A stretch of 46,462 bases of DNA, filler included, from Catajapyx aquilonaris (taxonomy: Eukaryota), in NCBI GenBank assembly GCA_000934665.2. It is 2 parts of 2 records of this genome, joined end to end, with 100 filler letters (N's around TTAATTAATTAA, not from the genome) between each part and the next. Parts side by side here need not be neighbours in the genome. Positions count along the whole stretch, not along the records: positions 1 to 23,198 come from JYFJ02005727.1; positions 23,299 to 46,462 come from KZ539405.1. One strand, 5' to 3'. Positions 18,812 through 30,100 of this stretch are shown here, piece by piece. Position numbers and translations under genes: made by a program. How positions within the stretch are numbered: position 1 is the first letter of the stretch; every line of letters starts with the position of its first letter. The notes below the pieces were generated by a model. It ran no database searches. It had not been told where the DNA came from and worked only from the letters and a program-made list of their open reading frames with translations.

Positions 18812-20573
18812 CTGCAATGGAGACAACACTTGACAAGTTATCAAATGCTCAGAAGTTTGACTCTGATTCTGTTACGCTCCACCTGTTCTGATATTGAACT
18901 GCAAATACCACCCCTTTTTTCCTGACTCATGGTTGTACTTGTCGTTTATTCAAATTGGCTCAGAACACTGCAATGTTAGATCAGGTGGAACATGCCATAA
19001 CATTAACCTATGTGGTAGAAGTGCTAGGTGCACATGCCTTGTTTTTCGGGCGACGTCCTGATTCCCTCTCTCCACCACCACCACACTGATGGCGAAAGTC
19101 CTCGTAACTCAGTAAATACCTGTAATACCAAAATATATTGTCAATTCAAATATTCTGACCCGCCATCCATCAAATTTCCAGGAAACAGAAAACATCACCT
19201 TTTATAAGCCAACTTGACCTGATTTGCAACGGAGATTGATGGTTGGCTAATATCCATTTCATCGGCTACCTGTACCCACTGAGTGTGGCTGGTGACCTTG
19301 TTGTAGCCACCGAGCTTTTTGACTACCTGAAATGGTAGATCACTGAAGTTACTTGGACACACTGACATTTGGAAATTGCCCTCACCTTAAAGAGCTTGTA
19401 GAGCTCAATATCATTACCACTTATAGTCGGAAGTTTCTTGATAGGTGTCTCCCTACTTTCCAAGAATTCCTCAAGTTGCTTGTCAAATTGATCCTTCTCT
19501 GCCTGCGCCTTAAGAACGATTATAAAATATTACACACTTCTTAAAAGCTTGTAAATATGAACAGCTTTGCTGAACACCTCAGTTTTTCTGAATAGCAAAG
19601 AAGAAGTGCATCTCAAATGAACTCAATTTCAAATAAATGGGTAAATTTTATTAAATCCCTGTAGACAAGTCTCTTCTGCAGATTATTACACCAGAAAGTA
19701 ATACCATGTCTGCCACAAGAGACCATATTTGTGTAATACAGGTTGTGGTGCAAACTGAACCCCTTTGTCTCTTCCCTTCCATTTAATGCTGTCTCCATGA
19801 ATATTGCCCATATTTTTTGGGGCCCTTTCCGGATGTGCCTGTATTCCACTGGTTACACTTGATTAGGCATATTCTTAGCCAATCAATGCAGAAACACACA
19901 CACAGGTTGAGTTTTTCTAGGTGGATTACCTAGAAAAAGTCAACCTTACTGCTCTGTGCAGATGCATCATTTATCGAAAGTGTGGCAGCTTATAAGGTCC
20001 CAGCGAGAAATCAATTTGCTGTTGTGTACCATTCTCTTGTTTTGGTATGTTATGACACTGACCAAGGTGGAGAAGAATCAGTATGCTGCAAGTTTCTCAC
20101 AAGGAGAAATTACATAATGCATTTTGAATATTGTCAGCCTATTTCTAGAAGGGGGAGAAAATTTTCTCTTGCATTTTTCATTACATAAAACATTAATTAT
20201 ACCATGAAGTGATGGGATGTGTGAGTGTAACAGAGCCAAGGCACACACAGCTGAGCTATGGAAAGTGAGTCTTATGCTGCTTCATAACATCAAGGGATAA
20301 ATTTAGCTCCTTCCATTGCTTATTCCCTGCTGGAAGTGTACACTGGAGTCGGGGGCGAAGTGATTACCCCCTAAAGTTTTGGCCACTTTATCCTGGTCTT
20401 GAAGCAACCCTTCTCACAAGCCCCACGTTGAGCAGGTGTGTGTGTGTGTGAAGGGTTGCTTCAAGACTAGGATAAAGTGGCCAAAACAATTTGAGACCCA
20501 TAGTACCTAACACAAATACTACAAATGTCAAATTTATTGTGCTACAGGCCAACTGGAATAACTTTGTGGTGTA

Positions 20574-20635
<62 letters not shown>

Positions 20636-21583
20636 CCACCAAACCTTGCATCAGAGAATTATTTACTACGTATTACTCAGTGAAATTTTTTGGCATTCCC
20701 ACCCTTCCACTAATTTTATTTAAATGACTTATGATAAAATTCATTATTATAAAATAGTTCCATGTCATGTGAGGATTATGAACCTAGCTGGGCAATTTAA
20801 TTGTAGGGAACACCATGATCCTGATTGTTGTTTTCCACAGGGTATGCCAGATATTATGTTGAAAGGTTTTGCTGCAATGTGATAGGCTTGATGGTGTGCA
20901 TGCATGTATGGGTGGAAGTTTGTGGTGCAGCTGAACCATGCACTGCCAATCAGTTACCAGATGGATTGATCCAGCAATTTCTAGGTTCCAAATTCTCGCA
21001 AAATCCATCATGAAAGTTCCAGCCAAATCCATCGGTTACTATAGTATGATAGTTGTAGCAAAACACGTCAATTTCTAGGTTCCAAATCTTATTACAATCT
21101 CTCATTCTAGACATGATGGCCTGACAGATCCACCATGGTATGGTGCCAGAAACCATCAAGCTTGTTTCAAAACCATTGGAGGTGGGATCTATCATGTTAC
21201 CCATATAAATAAGTAACGAATGCAAGGCAGTCTGGTGCAAGAGGATTTTGCAAAGCCATATGGGTCTTGTTATTCTCACACCAGAGACGCACAACTGCCC
21301 ATACTTATAATTCTATGAAACAATCACAGGGGTAATCACTTCGGTACTCCGGTGTACACCTGGGAGTGGTACTCCCTGGTACTCCTCAGGCACCTCACTC
21401 TTTATTACTCCGTAGTACTCCTTGAATTTGGTACTCCAGTGTACACTTTTCAGTCGAGTGATTACCCCCTTGACCTAGGCCTGGCATTTCCCCACCCCCA
21501 ATTCGTTCCAGAAGTGTGCCAAGTCCGAACGACTGAGTGTACCAACTGTATGTGTTCAGTTCTTGCGAATATTTCCTTACCAT
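18635..21583 (-). CDS. Small ARID-domain protein (ARID4/hat-trick-like domain only); exons 21581-21583 (ATG), 19386-19508, 19199-19326, 19038-19119, 18635-18811 (alternative stop at 19008 if the GC donor is not used)
   Basis: Spliced translation M-AQAEKDQFDKQLEEFLESRETPIKKLPTISGNDIELYKLFK-VVKKLGGYNKVTSHTQWVQVADEMDISQPSISVANQVKLAYKR-YLLSYEDFRHQCG... carries the ARID signature (F..L..F...R.TPI...P......LY.LF..V...GGY..VT....W..V...M..........K.AY..YL..YE). The central introns are GT-AG, 59 and 79 nt. First and last exon assignments are less certain. Confidence 0.85.
19008..19119 (-). CDS. ARID gene exon (YLLSYEDF); ends at GC donor 19038 or stop at 19008
   Basis: minus strand ttacag|GTATTTA; phase 2 matches the previous exon. 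Confidence 0.85.
19199..19326 (-). CDS. ARID gene exon (LGGY...W core)
   Basis: minus strand tttcag|GTAGTC...AAAAG|gtgatg. Confidence 0.9.
19386..19508 (-). CDS. ARID gene exon (N-terminal helices of ARID)
   Basis: minus strand cttaag|GCGCAG...TTTAAG|gtgagg; an in-frame alternative CAG acceptor lies 6 nt inside. Confidence 0.88.
20376..20487. repeat. Hairpin, 38 bp arms with 1 mismatch, in ARID gene intron 1
   Basis: GTTTTGGCCACTTTATCCTGGTCTTGAAGCAACCCTTC / GAAGGGTTGCTTCAAGACTAGGATAAAGTGGCCAAAAC. Confidence 0.85.
20574..20633. repeat. (ATT)n microsatellite
   Basis: direct reading. Confidence 0.95.
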
Positions 21584-21659
21584 CGCTCCTGCAGAAAAGA
21601 CGAACCAATGGAGACTGGACCGACGCTAGGTTATCTCAATAAGGATCAAGAGCAACCAT

Positions 21660-22080
21660 GCCACAGCCCCACAAGCCCCAATGGCGGTTATGGCTGACGT
21701 CACTTCCTAATATAAGCAACTAATACGTTTTGTAACGGCTAAAAGCATGGCTAAAAGTAACCATGCGAGTTGATTCTATGACTCTTCCACCACGCTCTCA
21801 TGGCGCTACCTGCGATTATTATTATTATGGTTGTTGTTGTTATTATTATTAATAACTCCGCCCCCCCCACACCCCCCCGTGGGGCTGCGCCCCACGTGCG
21901 CGCCTTCGGCGCGGTGCCCGTGTCCCGCCTAATCCATCCGGTTACAGAAATCCATCCGTTTACAGAACCCGTGACGTCACGGTCCACAAAGGTATGACGG
22001 TATGAGAATGCGCCCTAGCTGACGTATATGCTGAAAAAAGGAAAAGTGGGGTGGGGGCCAGGGGGAGGAGGTGTAACCAT
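21660..22080. promoter_or_regulatory. Putative bidirectional CpG/GC-rich promoter between the ARID gene and SPEF2
   Basis: Local CpG enrichment; palindromic CRE TGACGTCA at 21695-21702 (followed by CTTCC, an ETS-CRE-like composite) and 21972-21979; GC-box and CACGTG near 21856-21898; lies between two divergent genes. Confidence 0.6.
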
Positions 22081-22371
22081 ATGTGAGCTGAGAGGTCTCC
22101 GGAGATGAGGGTGAATGGGCCATTGTTCTTTCCCGGCTTAACGACAAACAGATGTTCCTTGTGGAGTGGGCAAAAGTCGACTTTTTGCCATCTCGAAAAC
22201 GGCTGGGAATTTTGGCAATTTGAGGACTTTTGGACAATGTATATCGACCGCAAGGAATCCTACGGAATTTCGACCACAGCTCTACGACCTCGGGAAGTGC
22301 GAAATCTTTTCCATCCTATATCCTATATCCTATATCCTCCACGTTTAGGGGCTTTATATATACTTGATATC

Positions 22372-22372
<1 letters not shown>

Positions 22373-22448
<76 letters not shown>
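22373..22448. repeat. (ATT)n microsatellite
   Basis: direct reading. Confidence 0.95.
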
Positions 22449-22449
<1 letters not shown>

Positions 22450-22582
22450 GTGTAGTAGTTAATGTTAAAAGCTTCTACACCAGATTTTGTAATTAACTGG
22501 TTAATCACTTTCTGGAGCACACCATTGTTTTCAGTGACCGATCAGCAGATATTTTATTGATTTAATAATCAATTAATTACTA

Positions 22583-22766
22583 AAGTTGAAACAGGATATA
22601 ACAGTCTTCAAGGGACCATGGAAATCAGTCTGTTATAACCCATGTCTGTTATAGCCGAATAAAAAATCCATATATGGAAGTTTGCCGGGACCGGACTTTC
22701 GAGTCTGTCATAAGCGAAACTGCGAAAGTCTGTTATAGCCGAGGCTGTTGTATCCGGATTCAACTG
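22583..22766. mobile_element. Tc1/pogo-type MITE
   Basis: TA|AAGTTGAAACAGGATATAACAG...CTGTTGTATCCGGATTCAACTG|TA with internal TCTGTTATA repeats. Confidence 0.7.
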
Positions 22767-22997
22767 TAGTTAGTTAATTTCTGGTGCCTTTTGCTTGGTG
22801 ACCAGTATCTCCATCTCAGTTCATCATTTTCACTAGTGACTAACACCTTATTAACCCTGGAACCGTGATGTGCCTGAAAGTTACTTTAAACGTGCCACGG
22901 GGTCTTTTAGGACCCCATGCGATATTTTAATTTTTATTCAAGCAAGATTCCTTCTTCTGCCGCTTCGGAAAATGTCGCTGGCGGTTGACTCGATATA

Positions 22998-23198
22998 CGA
23001 GGGGGAATCAAATGAAAACGATAATTATTTTTTTTACAATTGTTCTACTATAATAATGATTGTGACAACTACACTATTTTTCCACATAGTCCCCTTGGCG
23101 TTCAATGCAAGTGCGCCACGTGGTAGGACGCACCTCAATACCGCGGGAAAAAAATTCTTTCGATTGAGCTCGTAGCCAGTTGTGCACCGCCACTTCCA
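22998..23198 (-). mobile_element. Mariner element 3' end with transposase C-terminal remnant, truncated by an assembly gap
   Basis: TA|CGAGGGG terminus; minus strand 23198-23074 reads EVAVHNWLRAQSKEFFSRGIEVRPTTWRTCIERQGDYVEK*, a typical mariner C-terminus. Confidence 0.88.
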
Positions 23199-23970
23199 NN
23201 NNNNNNNNNNNNNNNNNNNNNNNNNNNNNNNNNNNNNNNNNNTTAATTAATTAANNNNNNNNNNNNNNNNNNNNNNNNNNNNNNNNNNNNNNNNNNNNGT
23301 TCATCTCCACTACATCTTAATTGTGTCACACTTTTGTTCATGTGTGTAGGAGTAGTGGCAGGATAAGTGACCATTTGACATGTCCGTATTCTTAAATAAT
23401 CACAATATATTAATGTGGATCATTATCCCTATACCATGATGATGATGATGATTATCCCTAATGATGGATTTACCCTGCCTGCTACACACCCAATTTGCCT
23501 AGCTCTTGGCAGTGGTGAAAGTTCCTGTAGAGATACTGCCTAAGAGTCTAAGTCCAGTTGCTAACTATAAAACTCATACATTATTCTGCATAAAATTTCA
23601 TTTATATTTAATAACAGTTGTTTAATACTTTTTAAAATCTTGCCTTTGCACCTGACGTTTGAGAGAAACTCAATATATGCAGGTAGTACCAGTACTGTAC
23701 ACTTTCAGTTAGATGTTCATCTACTGACGAGCCTTTGAAAAAGGCATAAATGCACATTCATGGGCATTGTGTCAGGCCAAGTTGCCAGTAGGTCACAACG
23801 TTATTGCTAAAAGTTTTTTCTACTACCAGGCTAATTGTAAAATGCACTAATTCTTCTTTAAGGTTAGACCCATCCTTACAAAAAAATAACTTTGGGATTT
23901 TGTACATGTTGACTTTCCTTGTGGTAGGGACCAGAGGATGAAGGAATGAATATAATATGTCGTTTCTCAG

Positions 23971-24131
23971 GATAAGCGAGTCAAGAAAGATTTAGGTGGT
24001 CTCAACATACCTCCAGATCATATGAAGATGTACAATAAGTCCATGGCATGGTATGGCAACATGTTGAACATGATGAATGCAAAAAAGGCCCAACTGCATA
24101 AGAAGTATGGAGAGATTCTACTTGAGCATGG
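23971..24131 (+). CDS. SPEF2: SPEF2 exon
   Basis: ctcag|GATAAG...CATGG|gtgagt. Confidence 0.75.
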
Positions 24132-27100
24132 GTGAGTATCATCTGCAAAACATTAATGCTTGGCCAAATACATTATAAGAATTGTTGGTATTGCCAGAAC
24201 GGCAGAGCCAAGGATCAGGGCCAGCGATATACCTCTGGGGCACAGGATTTCACAGCCATCCCATTTTAAAGAGAATGAGGCTGAGGAGACAGCAGAACTC
24301 ATTGAGCAATTTGACAATAGCTGCAGAGAAAGGGATCGATTGGGAAATCTGGATGAGGTTTGTTTATATTCACATATTCTGGGTATCACGAAGTCAGCTC
24401 ACATCTCCACTTGTGCCGATGCCATGGACACTTATGAGCTGGCTACTCCCAGCTGTGAGCTGGTGTGAAGTTTGTTAACTTGTGGAAGCTCCTTGGGAAG
24501 CTCTGTAGTGGTTAGGTGTTCATGTTGCCATTCCGGAGAGCCTGTATTTGTTTCCTGGTATTGACCATTTCAACCTGGATTTTTTCTGATTTTCTGTAGT
24601 TGCTTCTAGAACAATTCTAGGATGGTCTCCAGATTCTGTTCCAGAATTGCCACATCCACTTTCTTTCTCCCTTCTCCTTTTTCCTTGAATTTGTATCATA
24701 CAGAATCATTGGCCATCGAAGACTTGTTTGAAATATAAAAGGCACTTCTGGGTGGCTGATGACCTGATCCACCTTAAAGGTAACCAACTATTTTCTGGAA
24801 ATTGGGTGGTTTAGTGCCGACAGAACACATGGAATTCAAAACTCATGTGAACATCTGTACACTCTTCAGGTCATGATAATTTGTGACAAGTGTGCAGGGA
24901 TATTTATTTCCCTAAAGGTGAAGGCAGTTTTTTTATGTGGAGGTAGGAACTAGCATCAAGTGGTATTGTAGTGGTTTGTTGTGATTTATGTGAATAACAT
25001 TTATTTCCATCAAACATTCTTCGATTGATAACTTGACCTTGCACTGTACATGACCATTTCCAATATTTATAGCAAGAGCCTGTAGTATGAGGTCATATCA
25101 GAGTGTGTAGGAGCCTATGTCCTTTTACCATTTTTGTATGAAAGGTCTCATTTCAATACCTTCTTTATCCAGGGGTTACTGAAGACATTGCCAAGGGACG
25201 CACGTGAGAAAGTGCAGTTTTCTCATTTTGCCAACATTCTAAGGTCTCGCATGGAAGAGGATGCTGCATCTCAGCGAGAGAGGAGTCAGATCAGAAAGCA
25301 GGTCATTGGTGAATCAATTTCAGTGAAGCGGACAATTCAGAATGATCGGATGGAGAATGACATTATAGAAAACTTATTGAGGCAGTCTTCTTTTGAGAAG
25401 AGGATAGTAGGGAAGCTCATGCAGGTTCGCAGAGAAAAGCAAATTATTATTGAGAATAGGCTTGAGAGGGAGCGGCAGTTTGCCCGCCTCAGGGAAGAGG
25501 AATTCCATGCTGCAATGGACAGGGAAAGAGTAAGTAGAATTACCACACCTATAATATTATATTGGCGCAAGCAGTCAATGTGCTTTTGCTACATGTGAGT
25601 GCAATACATAACTTTTTGTACATTTTTGTTTTTCTGTAACAGACCATGATTGAGAGTGAACTTGCTGATGAAAATAGTGACTTGCGGCGCCAAGAGGAAC
25701 TCCATAAGAGATTGCTTGAAGAGAGGCGGTTAAGAAAGTCTGAATATAACTATGTCATGTGTAGGAAAATCATGGATGACGTGGTGGACATGAGTGTGCG
25801 GATTGCAGAGATTGAGATTGTCCTTGGACGGTTAGTCAATGCGTAAAAGTTAAAGAGTTCATGCATAATTCACTTTTTGCTTAGCCATTTAAAATTCAGT
25901 AAAACTTCTATAAGTCGAATGTCCATGGGACAGGAAAAAAACTTCGAGTTTTAGAAGATTCGAGTTAGAGAAGTTTGGATTTTTTAAAGCGCAGAACTTG
26001 ATAAGGAAGCCTACCTTTATATCCAGTGACTAAAGGTGTTCAAACCTTAAAAATAACTGTCACTGTCACACTTACAATGTTCCTCGTTGTTTTGTTGTAA
26101 AAAAAATGTCCATTATGGACGTTAGCCTACTCTTAGATTCAAGGATCCAGTTGTTCAATCGAGTCAAACACTTCTTTCGGTCTGGTAGACAGAGATCAGG
26201 AAATTGAGCCTTTCTGAACATGTGGTACTCTAGACCCTTCAGCTGGGAAATGAGAAAATTTTTCGTACTCGCCAACATGAACTTCGACTTAGGGAGACTG
26301 AAAATCCCATTGTAAGGCCCTGCTTGCACTTCGAGTTATGGAGAACTTCGAGTTTTAGAAATTCGAGTTAGGGAAGTTTATTTCCTATTATTTTACATTG
26401 TGACCAACCAACCTCACAATTTTCTTCAACTTATAGAGAACTTCGACTTAGGGAAGTTCGACTTATAGAAGTTTTATTGTGTTTGTAACATCTCTTTAAA
26501 AGAAATAAATGCTTTCCCATTATGATGGTATTGTGGGAGAACTTTATTCATTGCTTACTCTTTTTGTGGAACCAAAACAGTAAGATTACAGACTTTATCA
26601 TTGCTCAGGACTTAAATTTGTCCTAGTTCAAAGTTTTGTGGTATATGAACAAGGCTGTTGATTATTTGAATTGAACTAAAATGAGAAGTGTAGATGGTTA
26701 ATGACATTTCTTGACTGTGCAACTAAATTCTAATTCTCTTGCGTATGAATCACATGGTGCAAAAGAATTACCTCTGAAGTTATATTGCCTAAAAGACTTT
26801 CACTCTGCATATCAGACTTTGTTATTTACAAATCACCCGCCATATTTTCTTGTGGGGTACAGACCAGCTCCTAGACGCCTTCTGGATGAATGGTTGGAAC
26901 TCTTCCTGAAGGAGCTACCACTTTTTGAGCAGGTGGAGGATCTGAGTGAAATAGTGACTCAGCAGAAGAGCAAGGAAGAAATAGAATTGGAACGTCAGAG
27001 GCAGGAGGTCCTTAACAATCAAGAATTACTTTGGTACATGGTAAGATTGAACATATTTGTGTGCATATGTAGCCAAACCTACCAAAAGGATGATAGAACC

Positions 27101-30100
27101 TGCATATGATTAAGTAAAACCATTTCCCCAACCCAGAGGGTAGGGATTTCAGTGCTTCTCAGGTTTCCTGTAACAATATAGATATAATACACAGTAAAAG
27201 TCATTTAGAGACTTGATAATGAAATATAATTCTAAATTGGTCAGCTAGGGTATGCAGTCGACAGAGATTATTCCATACAGGAATGCCACTTTTGGAAACA
27301 TATGGGGAAACTTGCCATAGTCATGGCAGAGGGGACTGTTTTCAGGGTGTTTTTTGTTATCAAGGTATGCTCAGGGCGGCTCAGGGTTGGTAGTGCAAAG
27401 ATTGCCCAGCTGGCAGATCACTCTGGGTAATAACCACGTTTATCAGTCTATTTGGGCTTGTCTATGAGTCACGAGTTATACAGGTAGTCCATTGCTCTGT
27501 TTGTACCAAAAAATTGAATTGAATGCAGTATAATTTATTGTCTTTGAGGAATTTTACTATGCAAAAATTGTGACTAAAAGTGAACTTCTGTGGTGTTTGT
27601 TGGGAAAGAATTAATTCTGAATACTCTGCAAGAACCTCTTCTGAGTTCCTCTGCCTCATGAATGCAGATGTGGATTGTGAGAAACTGAATTCCCTTGCCG
27701 AGCAAGAAGGGCCTGACTTTAATTTTAGCAATTATTATGTTGTGCTTGTGGAGCTGTCCAAAACAAAACCACTGTACATGAACTTCAGGGTAGGATGTGA
27801 CAATGAAAACATTAAAAAATATATGCCTTATGTAGAAGTGTTGTTAGAGAACGTTTACTCAGATGTGAGTCAGTTATGCACTCACCTTATTCTATTTTTG
27901 TCATCTGTGAGCCAGTGTCAAAGTTTGCTGAAGACAGAATAATTACAGAATTGTAAAATTCTTCCAAGTGCTACTTATCAATTAAAGATACAAACCTTTA
28001 AAGGAGTACCACCTGACCCTATGCCATTATCATCTAATCGTCATGTTTTCAAGTCGTATAATAATAATAATGGATACAAGCAGGTTACAAGACACCTTGT
28101 TGTTGAGTAATGGATGACAATAGTGATAAATAGCTGCTGGTGAAGGAATTGCAGAAAGTTCTTGAAAATTATACCTCGACTCAATCCAATCTTCTTCTTT
28201 TTTCATATTCTTTCCAATCCCACTTCATCCTGCAATCTACCTAAGGTGGACCCTATTCGATGGTACAACAATGGTGACATCAATGTCATCCACCCTGAAG
28301 ACCTGGAGAATGTTCCATATCCTAACAAGGCCCTGGGCCATGCCATCAACCGCATCCTCAAGCTGAAGTACCCACCTCCTCCTTCTGATGCCCCCATCCA
28401 GATCCCAGAATTTCCAATGAGAGTGCTCATAGCTGGGTTGAATGAGGATAAGCTCTTATTACAGCTTAAGGAATGCCTGAGCGGTAACTTGTAGAAATGA
28501 CAAAGAGGGGGGAATAATATTTTCATTTAAATCCACACCTCAGACATTGTGTTAGTACAATTATTGTTGCATATCTCTTGTAAATAAGACTATGCAGTTG
28601 GGGTGTTGAACTTGATAAGAGGAATTGTACAGGGGGACAGGGCTGGATCGAGGGGAGGGGGGGTATCTGCCCTGGGCGGCGAGAAGGTGGGGGCAGCATG
28701 TCTTGTCCCTGGAAATGAACACGTGCACATTGCACTGTTCTATGTGTTATTTTCCATTTTGCGGTTGCAACCCCAAATTTGGGGTCGCGTGGAAGGGTAA
28801 CTAGTTATTTGTGCAAATTGATTATATCTCTCTGGAAAATTTGCCCGTAAACGAGATGTGTTAATTTAGCGAGTATTGTAGTTAACTACCACCAAGGGGG
28901 TAGGGTTGAATTGGAAGTGGTGGTCGCGAATTTTAGGCATCTATTTTCTGGGGTTGCCAACGAAAAAGATTAGGAAGCATGGCTCTAGTCTAGAATGATC
29001 AAAAACCCGCAAATGTTGACAACACTGTGGAATTGTTTGTGAAGACAAAAGTATACAGCCACCTAAGCAGAACTCCTTTCAAGTGCAATATGCAGATCTG
29101 AAATAGTTATTAACCTTTTTGTCATGCAGAAAGCTTTCATGCTAACCCTTCTGTTGTGTATTGTCCGGAACAATGACAAGACGTGTGTTCATTACGAAAA
29201 TATCTGCAAATAGTGTACTATTTGGACTGGTATCGTAGTCAAAACTGTAGTGCATCTTAGGGACTCTTTCCAAGAGATGCAAAACAACGCTGAAGATGAT
29301 ATTTCTTTCTGGCAGAAAAAAATCTTCAGCTTGTGTGACCTAGAACACACGCAAAAATTTTGCCTGTTGCGGACTTCCTCACCAGCCAACCCCCCCCCCC
29401 CCCCANNNNNNNNNNNNNNNNNNNNNNNNNNNNNNNNNNNNNNNNNNNNNNNNNNNNNNNNNNNNNNNNNNNNNNNNNNNNNNNNNNNNNNNNNNNNNNN
29501 NNNNNNNNNNNNNNNNNNNNNNNNNNNNNNNNNNNNNNNNNNNNNNNNNNNNNNNNNCCCCCCCCCCCATTTCGTAGATCCGGCACTGCAGGGGGATGGG
29601 TACTGTTAAAATGTATATAACATTTATGTAATAGTAGGGTAACAAATTGACATTTAAAATAGAACAGCGGAATTTTAAAATATGCACTCAATTTTTATGG
29701 CAAGAGTTCATGCAGCATTCTACTTAATTTCTTTCAATACTTGAGCAACATTAACATTCATGCTGATAGTCCTAGTTATGAAAGAAGGAATTGGACTTTA
29801 CATTCAAAATTTCCACTACTCCTGTTATTTTTCTGGCTCTTCATCTTAGACTTTGGTGAAATTCATTTCCTGAGTGTGCAGTCCTTGGTGGCAAGTGCTC
29901 TGGAGGCATACAAGGAAGAGCAGCATTTACTGACTCCTGGACAGCTGTCTGTGATAGAAGTGGAGTCCAACATAGAGGAAGAGGAAGAGGTAGAGGCAGA
30001 TGCAGAGGCAGAGGCAGAAGAAGAAAATATTGAAGAGAATGCAGAAGTGATAGCCAATGAAGCTGTAGAGCCTTCTGAGGAAGTGCCCCCTGAAGTAAAA

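Noticed and set aside
20825..21294. Short ORFs and a 19-bp direct repeat in ARID intron 1
   Set aside because: No recognisable protein similarity or consistent splice phase
23243..23254. TTAATTAATTAA island inside an N run
   Set aside because: Looks like an artificial gap spacer (stops in all frames) from the assembly pipeline, not biology
24755..24775. CTGATGA as a hammerhead ribozyme core
   Set aside because: No matching GAAA core or stems; it is a common SINE/LINE tail motif
29250..29691. ORFs spanning the N run
   Set aside because: Artefacts of the assembly gap and poly-C
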